Assembly (NCBI RefSeq): GCF_964204645.1
Contig: NC_134025.1
Span: forward strand, 12,958,001-13,022,000
Length of the DNA: 64,000 nt
Direction of reading: 5' to 3'
Origin: Tubulanus polymorphus
Lineage: Eukaryota; Animalia; Nemertea
In this document: in pieces, positions 1 through 12,800 of the stretch
How positions within the stretch are numbered: position 1 is the first letter of the stretch
Layout of the letters: each line of letters opens with the position of its first letter
Translations under genes and position numbers: made by a program
Notes under the pieces: generated by a model
Seen by the model: only the letters and a program-made list of their open reading frames with translations
Told to the model about the DNA's origin: nothing
The model's database searches: none

Positions 1-727
1 ACACGGTCGGTCGTAAAGTTCACACATATGTCGCAATCGGTCGAGCAGTTTACCTTTATTAGCACCATTCATAAAATCTATGTGGATGAAAATAACCTTA
101 ATTATTGAAATGCAAAAATTGTTACTCAAGTGATATAAAACTGTCCAAAAAAAACTTGCAAACAAAATATGAATTTCATTCCAAAGGCAAATATTTTTTT
201 CAAAGCGTCCACTATCAGATTAGTCAAATCACCATTCAGTTCATGTTCGACTACTGTTCAATTCAGGACACTTCCTGAATGAACTGAGATCAAATAAATA
301 AAGGATCCAAGTTGACTATATCCTTGTTCTATTGTTCATAGCCAAGTGTACAATTTCTGGTTGTACAAAACCCTGAACATCTCTAATGATAAAATACCCA
401 GTAGGTAAATCTGATTCATCATAGGTTAACCTTCCATCTAAAATACCAAAATATTCAAGCACTAAATGTCTTCTAGCACTAAACCAGAGCCATGTTAAGC
501 CAGTTTCCAGCTACCTCATTCCTACTGCTCGCCAAAACGCTGAAAAACTGGTCCCGAGTTGGAAATTGAGCTAGGAAATATACTCGGCAGGAAATTTCTG
601 GCGGGAAACCAAACATGAAAATGCTTACTGCAGCAGTTTTCAGACTGGTTAGATATGTTGGCGAAGAGTACTTTTTACTACTGAAGAGATTTTACTACTG
701 AAATGAAAAGAAGCGTTGAAGTATTAC

Positions 728-842
728 CGGAAAAGTTTTTGCGTTCAACAGCCATCCGATTGCTGACGATAAAATCACACCCTGTCAACTGACAAACAAC
801 TGGATTTAAGTTGTGTTCAAGTCTTAAAGCTGATACAAGATC
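728..842 (-). CDS. FANCM: FANCM coding exon 20 (ERCC4-like domain)
   Basis: DLVSALR...[20 protein letters not shown]. Confidence 0.92.
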
Positions 843-3800
843 CTGGATAGAAAAAAAAAACAACACCAAAATTAAATCAAGAAGCACAGACAAATGCCAT
901 TACCAGTATTCTACAACAGTGGAGAGATAATCATTATTTATATTGTTCATTATTCGCAGGTTGGTTCAGGAAGGAAACAAATTTATGTACCTGTGCACCA
1001 TTGATTTCGCGTGAATCCACTAGAATCACTAGCTTATCCTTACGAGACAATTTCTGGAAATAATTTCAATAACAGATCATACATGTGCACGTGTAAATTG
1101 TATGCAATGCTGAAGACCTATTTCCACAGTTGTCGGTTTACGCAAGACACTTGTTAGAAAAAAATTATCAGTTCATTTCAAATTGTTTTCCACTAATAGC
1201 CAAAATTTGAACCGGAAACTGTGGAAGTGGGCGCTGGTATTCACATACTGGGACATATACATACTGTAGTATAAATAGTGACAAATCAGGGGTTGTTTTC
1301 TAAAAAAAATTTTATATTCAACCTAAATTCAAATGACTTGAGTTAACCCCTAGACCAGTATTGACTTAAACCCGGAAGGTAAAACAATCAATATTGAATT
1401 GAGATAACCCTGGGTTTAAGTTACCAGACCCTAGGTTAAAGGTAAAACTAATCTATACTATAGGACCTAAGGTCCTGAGCTCCTGATGTCCTGATTCATA
1501 ATCGAAATGAAAATAATTTTCATTGATGCAAATTGGTTCATTTTCTACAAGTGTCAAGGGGCACTGGCCACTATTGTCATTATAAAATTTCCTAGCTTCC
1601 CGAGAAAACTGGCAGTGACTAGAACCCAACTAAAATAGTGGCAGTACTGAGACAACAATATACGATTTATAAGACATCAGGTTTTGTGTAGACTGAAATA
1701 TTTTTTCTACAGTTATTGTAAAAGGCATTGGCAAGGAGAGCAGATCCAACTGCTAAGCAATTGACAACGAATGTGTCGTATAATCGAATTTCGAATATGA
1801 CCGTAGAGTCTCAATTTTTACCGAGAGATTCAAAACTATTCTTACCGGTGAAGATGTAAGAGAGTGTAGAACTGGACTAGAAATCTTAGAAAAATTCCCT
1901 GTTTGACGAGAGGACGATCCATTATTGACAACTTGAGAATCTAAACAACTGATCGCCGAAACATTGTTTATACTAGAAGTCTGTTGTTGTTTGTTGCTCA
2001 TTTTCCTGCGAAACTCTTCCTGTTTCTGTTGTTGACGTTTTAACCTTTCCTCGCGCTGTTTATCACCGTTTCTGCTTGGAATGTTGGAAGTAGTCTGACT
2101 ATCACCCAACTGAGTTTGAATACGATTATCTACAACTGGTTTCGCGGATAAATCCTGACTATTATGACGAATATTCGAAATGTTCCTCTGCGAACTTTTA
2201 ACAGCAGCAAATGATACCAATCCATCATTTTCTGTCGTCGGTGGTTCGGACGGCGTCACAAAAGTATTCATTTCAGGAATTTGTATACCCTGAAATTCAC
2301 TATCGCTTAGATCGTCCAAATCGTCTAGTCCTAAATTAAACTGCGGTTCATCATTGATATGATTTACCTCATCAGCTTTTGGATCAAAATCTAACCCTAA
2401 ATCAAATAACGGTCTATCATTTTGAACCACATTCGATAACTGACAATTGTCTTGACTATTTTTTTTCATTTGACAACGTTCGTAGAACGTCGGTGTCCCA
2501 GTTTTTGAAGCAGCGCAATTCCGACTAATTGGCTCGGCCAAAATGTTGCGAGTTTGCGTGCTGTATATATTTCTGATCACTTGATGACTTGATTGTTTTA
2601 AGTCTATTTTCGGTGACTGAACGAGAGATGTGTCACTGTCATCAAGAATTCGCCTATTTTTTGTTTTCAACTTCACCTTGTTTACTGCAGGAGAATTTTT
2701 TGTCGCCTGGGTCGCACATACGCCATTAAGAATATCCTCCTGGTCACTGTCGGATGATCCCTGGATACTTTTGATACGGTGCTTGCCCTGAATAAGACCA
2801 ATTACTTTCTTCTTCTTTGATTTATTCTTTTTCTCCGCTTTTGCAATAGGACTGTCCTCATCACCTAGATGTGGGAAAAGTTACTATGTAAACCATAAGT
2901 CTTTACTCAACACATTAACCTGAGAGCTTGAGAAAGTTCAAGATAATATACTTTAATTGTCGAGTTGTGATTGAAATAAGTATTCATTACCTGTATTGTA
3001 TTGTTATTTTCAAAATTCTAAACATAATGTCGTGGAAATAAACACATTTCACTCAAACTTCCCTTGTAGTATACAGTTGTAAGCAAAGTTTACTGACTTA
3101 AATGGACCACCCTCGCTTGTGTACAAAGGAATAAACGCTTTTTATAGATGCAGAGTAGACTCCTCCAAGAAGTTTGAATTAATTGGAACCAGTAATTTTT
3201 GTTTGCGTAAGGGGATAATTTGAATCAGACAATGAAATTTCCATTGCAATGGTTCTAAGATTTGTGTTCGAGTTTATGAGATATTTTGACTCAACGACAT
3301 TTGAGTTTAGAAGAGTCTACTGCTTATTTCCGAAGGAAAACTCTTACCAGAATTCTCGTAGTCACTTCCAACACAGAAGCTGTCCATTTCATAGTCATCT
3401 AGATCTTCCTCTTGAATTGCCTGAGAATAGACATTCATACTATGGTGTTGGTTGTACTGTAATTTGAATCGTCCAGGCATTCTGTTAGCAGCCGAATCCA
3501 TTATTGATCGCATATACACTGCCTGCATATCCATTGAAGTATCTGCAGTTAAAAGAAATATACTCTGTACTACAGTAGACTCCACCTAAAACCGTACAGT
3601 TGGGGCCTTCATTTCATGTAACTATTTTACCGGATAGTGTGGTATTACCAAATAGAGCGCTACCAGACTAGGTGATATTCATGTATGGAAACAGTTTGAT
3701 ACATATACATAGAAGGAAACTGTTTGATTTCATGTGCAATCTTGCAATGTCAACAATTTTCCCTGACTTTTCCCTGATATTTAGTTTAAAAAAAATAAAA

Positions 3801-6800
3801 TTCCCTGATTATTCCCCAACCTTTTCGAAGAGAAGGAAATTCCCTGACTTTTTCCGGATTTCCAGTAAGAAGCCACCCTGTTATTACAGGCGCTATCAGG
3901 ATGCAATTTATGATCACCAGTCATCAGAATACGGTATTATTTTCAAGTTTGAGAGGAATATGATAAAATACCGCGGTATTGATAATCAGCAGGTATGCAA
4001 CAGTTGTTGGTGAATGCAGGAGCAAAATTTCCCTACAAAACTTCGAAAATTGCTGATTTTGGTGAGTTCAAGTTACACATTTACAACACTCGCTTTAGTG
4101 AATCCAGTTTGGTAAATCGTTTATGGACACAGTTTAGTAACCAGTTTGTCAAATCAACTATAGTTGGTGAGCAAGTTAGTTGCAATTTAGTAACCAAAAT
4201 CCAACATGGCGTCCTCTTCAATCATGGCTTAAGACACCTATTACAGACCATCATCTATCAATGATTTTGTCACCACTACGCACATTTTCTTTTCAAGTCG
4301 CCACCTTAAATTGATTCGACTCATTGAAGAGAAATGATTAGATTTACAATTCCTTTTCGATTTCCGACGTAAAATCGGATTCAGCTATAAACTGAACCAG
4401 ATTAAACTAAACTGAATCAGATTCAATTTCATAGAAAGCCTCTCGATTCACCAATGGAAGGATGAACAGACGCTCTATCGGATAGAGTGAATGCAATATC
4501 CGTCTAGAGCTTTGCCCCTAGCAACCTAAAAATATTCCATGCCCATTAATTGCACTTTTATGAAGTCTTTAGTTATTGTTAATGGGTATTTCTTAATGAA
4601 ATTTACCATTATGTACTTTTGCAATTACAGTACTCATTAACAATACAGCAGTGGGTTTAGATTCCTAATAGAGTGCTTACCTTCTTGAGTCATCCGAGAG
4701 TGGTCGTTGATAAAACTTGCTTCGAGACGGTCCAGGTGGCTTTCGTCTTCATCCGAAGAACAATTATTGTATTCATCTGATAATTCTGCTTCTTCGTCCA
4801 AAAAATGACATTTTTTCTTCTTAGGTTTATTTTTGGTTACCTGGTTTTCTTTCAGTGACCCTTTTAGAAAGAAATACATAAAATGAATTGTGCATTATAC
4901 AATTCTGTTGACAGCAATTTCTTTCCCTCATGTAACCTTTGCTAGTAATTGTTGGAACTTTCACTTCAGAGCACTCAAAATCTTCATCACTTGAGCCCTG
5001 TTCAAATAAAAAAACTGTAACAATGAATAAATGTAAACATATTATGAATAGGTCAAAAAATAAATAAATAGATTTTCTTCATTTCTAAAAATGATCTTTA
5101 TTCTCAAATCAAATTCTTCTTGATGTGATAGAACAGCGGCTCTCCCAGTAACATCATCATCATGAAAACTAGGTCAAGCATCGATTAGTAGAACACAGCT
5201 GATCCAAAAAATCAAACTACAAACCTCTAGTAAGCTCTTTTTCACCCTCGAATGGTCTTTCATACCAGTAAGTGGCCCGAGAGGAGTTTTGAATTCTGTA
5301 GCCATTTGTTCTTCTGCTTAAATTTCAAACAGACACACGTGTACATGAGAAAATAAAGTACCTATAAATTCAATAGCAATAGTCATATACATCAAAGTAA
5401 AATTAACCAAATTGAGAGGCATGGGGTGCATGGCGAGACCAGAGAGGGATGAACTTGAGAATATTTCATGCTGTGGAAATACCTGTAAATTCTGGCGATT
5501 CCACAATAACAGCCTTTTTCTTTTTTTTCATGACAATTTCATTTTCAGATTCCAGAGAACATGGTGACTTCTTAGGTTCCAAAATTGTACGCCGTTGAGG
5601 CAGTTGAAATCCTTGGCTAGCGCCCGAGAAAGCTCCTGCTTGCTGGACAGCCCCATCTAAATCAGCCCATGTTTTTTCCCCTAAGCCATTCAAAAAGTCA
5701 TCATCCTCATCACTGAACAGTTCGCAGCTGGAAACCTGCATTTTTTGTACATCGGTCTGTTTCGAATCGAGAATGTTAGCCTCATCCACAGTTTGAAAAC
5801 CTTCGAGATTTGGCTTTTTAGCGTCTTTCTGTAGAGAACTATCATTTATCGAATGTGCCCGTTTTCGATTCAGCTTCAAGGAAAACAAATTTTTTGATAC
5901 ATCTCCTCCCGAAAAATTCCTGGCCACCGATTTTGGCGTCTTTATAATTGAGGGAGAATATCTCTGATATTCTTTTATTTCCTTCTCTGTTTCAATTGTA
6001 TCTACCGCATCAGCATTTTTCAAATTATCGGCATACAGTGGTGGGGTTCTAATCTGACTAGAGGTTAACATCGACGGTTTCAGATGCAGGTTATCTTGAG
6101 ATGGGGGGATTATGTCATTATCTTCGTCAAAATCATCAAATTCAAATCCTAAATCAAACAGAGGCGGACTCCCACCATTATCCCTGACAGCTTCCAACAC
6201 AACATCACTGGATTTAGAAGCACGAGCAGCATCTTTGTTTGTTTTCTGTGCAGTACCAATAGTTGTAATCTTATCAGCATTGCAAGGTATTTCACCGAGA
6301 CTTTCTAAAGCTTGAGTAAATGTCAACTGACTTGTCGAATGAGATTTTACAAATTTCCCATCTTCTTTCATTATCAATTGTGGCGGCTGCATGGCTGCTA
6401 ACAATAAATCATCATTATCATCGAACAAAGAATCACAGTTTGAACCAAACTTCTTCCTATCAGCAATAAGTGGTGTACTGCAAATCTTGTTCATGTGTGA
6501 AGCAGAATTTTGGGTCACATTGCCCATATGTTTCAATTCTAGATGTACTGGGCTTTGGGCACTTTTTCCATGAGGGGTGTTTCCAGCAAGTACCTTAATT
6601 GGTGTAATGGTAATAGGTGAGCACGTTTTCTTCAAAATGATATTGTTATTATTACGATTCACCTGTTCTGGTTCCAAGTACTGTTTGAACAAGTGATTTT
6701 GTATATTTTCCGGATTCAAATCCATCTTTCCGAGAGCATCCTGAAAATCTTCATCAGAATCATCAAAAAGATCATCAGATACATTATTGACAATTGCAAA

Positions 6801-9800
6801 ATCTGGAGAGACAGCAGCGACTTTCCTCAAGGTCTTCTCAGTGATAGGCTTTTCAATTACCTCAAAATCGGGTTTTAGCACATTTTTTCCAGACATAGGA
6901 TGAACATCACTAAATGGATCTATTTTCACTGTGTCTCGAACAACTGAAACCTTTGCTCCAGGCTTATCTCCCTTCTTGACTGGTTTTGGAGGTTGGTACA
7001 TGTCCTCATCCAAGAAATCAAAATCAACGTCAAAATTGGCAACTTGGTCATCACCATTCTGGTTTGTTCCATTAATCTCTACTGTTCTTTCATTACCGAT
7101 GTGTTGTTTTTCAGCTTCCCACATATCTATAAGTCCTAAAACATCCACCGGAGATAACTGTTCTTTTTCACCCAATTTACCGACAATCTGGTCCAGTTCC
7201 GATAAACAAGGCGGGCTCGGCACATGATTATTTTTTGACATGCTTGGAGCGGGTAAATTTTCAGGATCTGGACATGAATTCAGTGTTGAAAGATTGAATG
7301 GATCTTCATTATATTCGATATCATTGGAAGGAGAATTGACCATTTTTGCTGTCTCAGTTGTACTTGTACTACATTTTACGACAGGCACTTTTGGACTGAT
7401 ACATCTATCAGGTTCACCAATAAATTCTCCCTCGTCATCCGCATCACTGAGCAACTGTATCAGTGACGTTCGGCTTAAACTGGCAACAGATGCCTTCTTT
7501 TTCTTCTTTTCCTTCAGAACTGGTGTCACTTTTTTTCCGTTGTTAGTTGGTTTAGCTGGTGCCTTGCGAGATTTAGGCTTTTTATTTATACGCAGATTAG
7601 AATGGTTTTCCTCCATAGGCAAAGATGACTTTTTTTTCACCGAAACTCTGCACTCTGATTCTTCACACAGCATCTCAAGGTTATCAATAATTTTAACATC
7701 ATTGGTATCACTGTCATATCCATTCAATTCTTCTTTATTATTCTGAATATTTATTATTTCTTTTTTCGTGTTCTTTACTTTAATTGTATCAAAAGCAGGT
7801 GGAAGATCTGCATCACTATCACTGTTTTCCTCTTCAGCATCGAACTCAGGTAGACGAGCACCACGTCTCTTAAATTTTTTTACTGCTTTCTTTTTACTGT
7901 CAATACTCTTTTCTGTATCCTTCTCAACAGTTGTACAAAACTTTTCTATGCCCTCTCGAATATTGTCATCTTTTTGACCTGGTTCTAGCACGTCAGCTTT
8001 GTTCAGGTAAGCAGACATTTCAATACCGTAGTGGTCTTCTCCATCAGGATTGCAACCTATCCAGTAAATGACTTAATATTACATAACATAGCCAGCTGTT
8101 CTAAAATTTGACTTTAAAACGCGTACCAGTATATCTTAACTACTTCACCAACTACTGGATCAAATAATAGACCAGAAATTTCGAACTAGACCCTTTTGGT
8201 TTGCAAAATTCTTTGGTGACTTACTCTGAATTTCCATGAATTCCATCAGTTCAACCATGTTCTTTGTTTCAATGGAATTATCAACTAGGAAAGTCGTTTG
8301 AAGTCGATTTTGCCAAGGCATCCATTTAGCCAAATCCATTACCCTCGGATCAACAGTTATCTATAAAATAGAAATGAAGCAACAGGATTATGTACTGTTT
8401 CATGTGTTTGCACACAAACAGATTTTTTTCCGCACAAAACGTGAACTAGAGAAACCTGTGTCTTTTCCTGGTATTTGCTGAGGGAAACAAAATCATTATG
8501 TCCAGGAAGCTTTGGTAAAGATTCAATTACTCTGTACATTCCTTGCCATTTTTCAAATTCCTCATTGGTCAGGAACCCATCACATTCACTAGCTTTACTA
8601 CCTAACAAAGGCATGAAAAATATCAAATATCAAAGAAAGGTCACACAGAATACATTAAGTTGTTATGGCAATCTGTTAGGTATACCTGTTGGAAGTGAAA
8701 TTTGTTTCTGAGCTGCAGTGGATGTCATCTTTCGATGGTTTGTATTGACAAACTTTTTATCGACTGTTATATGCATCTTCAGAGCTACTGGATTCAGACC
8801 GAGTGGAATCATGCGTGGGTTATGATCGTAATAACGTAATGACTTAGTACCATTGAGTATAGCTTTGTGAATACTTTTCTTGCTGCTAACACTTTGATTA
8901 TAAACCTTCAATAATAGAGTACAGTACAAATAAATCCAAGAAAAAAACAAGAGCCCCATGGGGCTTAATGCAGCAGTTTCACAAATCCAATCAAAGATTT
9001 TTAAACTAGGCTTATTTTATTGATTGCATGTTTAATGGATGAGTTTTTTGGATGATTTAGGCCATTTTGACTTGACTTCCGACTATGGCCTATGGAATCA
9101 GACCCTGGCTATGTTTGAGTCAGGTGAACTTCTCAAAATCTTGAATAGTAATTTAGCAATTAAATTAAGAGGTTATTAAGTGATGGTAGCCTGGTTAAAT
9201 TTTATACTGAGAAACTGAGGCACTCTGGTCTTAGAAGTATAAATATGTGGACCAAAAGTTAACTCTTACACTCTCTTCTTTGCCCTCAGTGACAAGCATG
9301 ACTATTCGCCCTTCACGTTTTCTTCCGGTCCTACCCATTCTTTGGACGAGTCTGATTGGACTTTTATGGGCGTCAAAGCATATGATAAGGTCAACATCAC
9401 CAATATCAAGACCTTCTTCACCAACGCACGTTGACACTAAAGTGTTGAAAGAACCTTCACGAAATTCTTTCATAACCTGGAAAATTAATTCACAAGACAT
9501 CTTTCACAACCAAAGACATATTTCACTCATCTTTACTGCAGCCTATGCTACTATAGTAAACGTCTATACATTCGTACCCAAATTTGCTATCTTTGCTGAA
9601 AAACGTGGGTAATAAGTGGAGTTTGAGGTCCGTACCCGGGTATAGACAGACCTGGGTTTAAAACGCCCTGTATAAAACGAGGTATTAGTCCAGATCAATT
9701 AGCACCAATGAAATTTGAAATTTATCCCTTTCATGAGAAATCCCGATTACACAAAATGCGGTACTCTTCATTTTACTCAAATCAATTAGGACCAAGTGAT

Positions 9801-12800
9801 TTTAGTTCGTCTAAGTGATAATTCAAGGAAATCTGATATATCTTCCATTACAGTGGTTCAATATGAATCTTTCAATTTCCCAGCATAGGCCTTTTTTCAA
9901 TTTTCTTATTTACACACCCGTAGCTGTTCCTTTTGAGTGAAACCTTTTTTAGCAGCTTTTCCCACTGAAGATTGGCCAATGAAGCTCATCACTCGGACTA
10001 GTGGTTTTTGTCGATTTAGCATGTCCTGAATTTCGGAAACAGAGTCTCGATATTGAGAGAAAATCATGATTCGTGTGTCTGTAGTTCCATGTGCTGAAAG
10101 CGTGATAGAAAAGGGAAATTCATTAGTCACTCAGGCTGCACACTTCTAGTCACAGGGTGGCCACTACTATTTTACTATCCGCTGACATTTCAGTTGTTTT
10201 CCACAGTCAAATACCTAAGAAATCAATGGTTTTTTTTTAAATTGCCCGACTTTTTAAGAAAAGAAATTTCCCTACTTTTCCCTGATTTCCAGGTAAGTGG
10301 CCCGAGACACCATTAGTCAGTAATAACTAGACTTACGCCTTGCGGCCTAAAATACCCCCCAGCAATACACTCTCCCTCAGGGAGCCATTATCATTCAGAT
10401 ATCAGTTTTGTTGCAGGGGACAGAATGTAACCTTGAAACTTTGCCAAGAGATGGCTACCCTGGCGGTAATATTTGATGGCTGATGATCTCCATTTTCGAT
10501 AGGGCTTTACAGCTTACTGGCCCCAATCCTCACACTTAGTTTCCTTTAAGAATTGTAGGCTGTATCATACTAACAAGAAATTTAAGATGGCTGCTCTAGC
10601 ACCCATATTTGATGGCCAATAACCTCGATTTTCATTAGTGGTGGACATCTCACCTGCCCCAATCCTCACACTTTCATGAAAATCCTTTAAGAATTGTAGG
10701 CTGTATCATGTGAACAAGAAATTAAAGATGGCTGCCCTAGTGTCCATTTTTGATGACTTACATCTGTGATACAGGCACTACTCACTAAATCTTATAAGAA
10801 TCCATCAAGAATTACACGCTGTATCGCACTTACAGGGCTGCCAACCTTTCAAAATTCCATTTAGGGATGAATGGCAGATTAATTAGGAATATTGAAGGTT
10901 TCAATAGGAATATATCGAAACCGAAGAAATTGTGACTTTTCCAAGTAGGAATATTTTGCTTTCAATTAGGAATACCTTTCACGTGTAATATATGAAAGCT
11001 GGATATGAAAATATGGAATTATTAGCAAAATAAAAAATCAGCAAATTCTACAGAATGTATTTTTTCTTTATTATTTTATGAAAGATAAAAATCAACAGTG
11101 TTTATCAAAAATATACAATAGACTAAAAAATAAGAACATAAAACTGGCATAAATTGTCAAACGAATTACATAACACTATACAGCTGTCATGCGAATATAT
11201 CCATTTCCAGCATCAATTCCACGATACTGTCCAAGAGAGACTCCACGTACAGAACTGAAAGATACAAACAGTAAAAAGTCTCTAAATCTACATGCTACTC
11301 GATGGTGCTGCCATCTGCCAAATATGCGAACTAAAAGTTTACTTTGAGATGCACTGCTCAAAAGCATCTTAAATTATCTTTTTAAATCAAACTAACACAA
11401 GAGTGACAACATTAAGGTTCAAACTAGCAAAGCAATTGCTTACCGAAACATTTCAAAGAGTCCACACGTTGAAATCTAACCCGGATCTTCGAATGCTAAT
11501 CGCGCTGCGAAAACGAGCTAATTACCGCAGTAAACCGATTCTTCTCCGAAACGATGCGGAGCAATTTGACAATAGCAATCACATTTTGCCACATGTCATA
11601 ATATTTTCACAAAAATGATTGAAAACAACGTATTTTAAAACGAATGAACTTTATTTTTATTCTTGAAACAAATTAAAAAGCTGCTCTCCTACTACGAAAT
11701 AATCGTACGCCATGCGTAGATAAAATCAATAACACAGCTACTCTCATACACACACACGCACGCACGCGCGCGCTAGTAAGCGCTGTTTATCGCCTGACCC
11801 ACGTACACAGTATATAGCCACGCACTCATCCACCGCGGGCGTGCATATAAATTCCCCACCTATTCAATTCTGTTCTACCAAATCATCATATTGTGTTACA
11901 ACGCGCTGGCGGGTGGAAAATCGGACATCGCCGAAAAAGAAAAAAAAAAGTCGGAATTTTGTATACCCGATCGTATCGTCGGAATTTCTTCACGCAAATC
12001 GGGAGGATTCCGAATAATTCGGGAGGGTTGGCAGCCCTGCACTTACTAGAAATTCAAGATGGCTGCCCTGGTGGCCATATTTGATGGCTGATAACCTCCA
12101 TTACCAATAGGGGTGGACCTACCGTAATCCCCCAGGTTTATATAATGAAATATGTTTCGTTTACAAGGTGATCTGAAATAATCACTTTTTCAAGTACCAG
12201 GTATTCAACACCCTCTGATGGCCACATGGAATATCATGTGACCTGGAAACTTCATAGTGAAACTCAAGTAAGTTTTAAAAGCATCATTATTTAATTCTTA
12301 CTCCAATTGGTTGAAAATTCAATCCTTAAAGTCAAGATTCATAGCTCATAAAACCAGTCATGAATCATGTGAATTAAACAATATGTGGGGTTTGTTTATA
12401 TGGTGGCTGATAAGGGCCATAGCGTAAAATTCCTGGTATGTTAATGAGGGTGCCAGAACGCCAAAACGAAAAAAAAACAAAGAATATTCCGTTTTGGCGC
12501 CCCTCCAAAACGAACTTTCATTTTGGCGCCCCCGCCAAAACAACGAAAAACGTCGAAATTTCATTTTGGCGCACCAAAACAAAGAAAATTCCATTTTGGC
12601 GCGGTTATTTCCGTTTTGGCGCCCCCGCCAAAACAAGCATTCAACCACAGTAAAGTTATTTTTCAATTTGGCGCGTTGATCTTGTGTGTAATTTGCATAA
12701 ATTTGCATATATAGAATTATTTTACGTGGTTGAAAGTTCGTTTTGGCGGGGACGCCAAAACGGAATATTCTTTGTTTTGGCACGCCAAAACGAACTTTCA

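Noticed and set aside
5045-5168. Candidate extra FANCM exon ([10 protein letters not shown]...)
   Set aside because: Phase incompatible with exon 14 and no good donor; exons 14 and 15 join without it.
6112-7977. Plus-strand ORFs overlapping FANCM exon 13
   Set aside because: Antisense shadows of a real coding exon.
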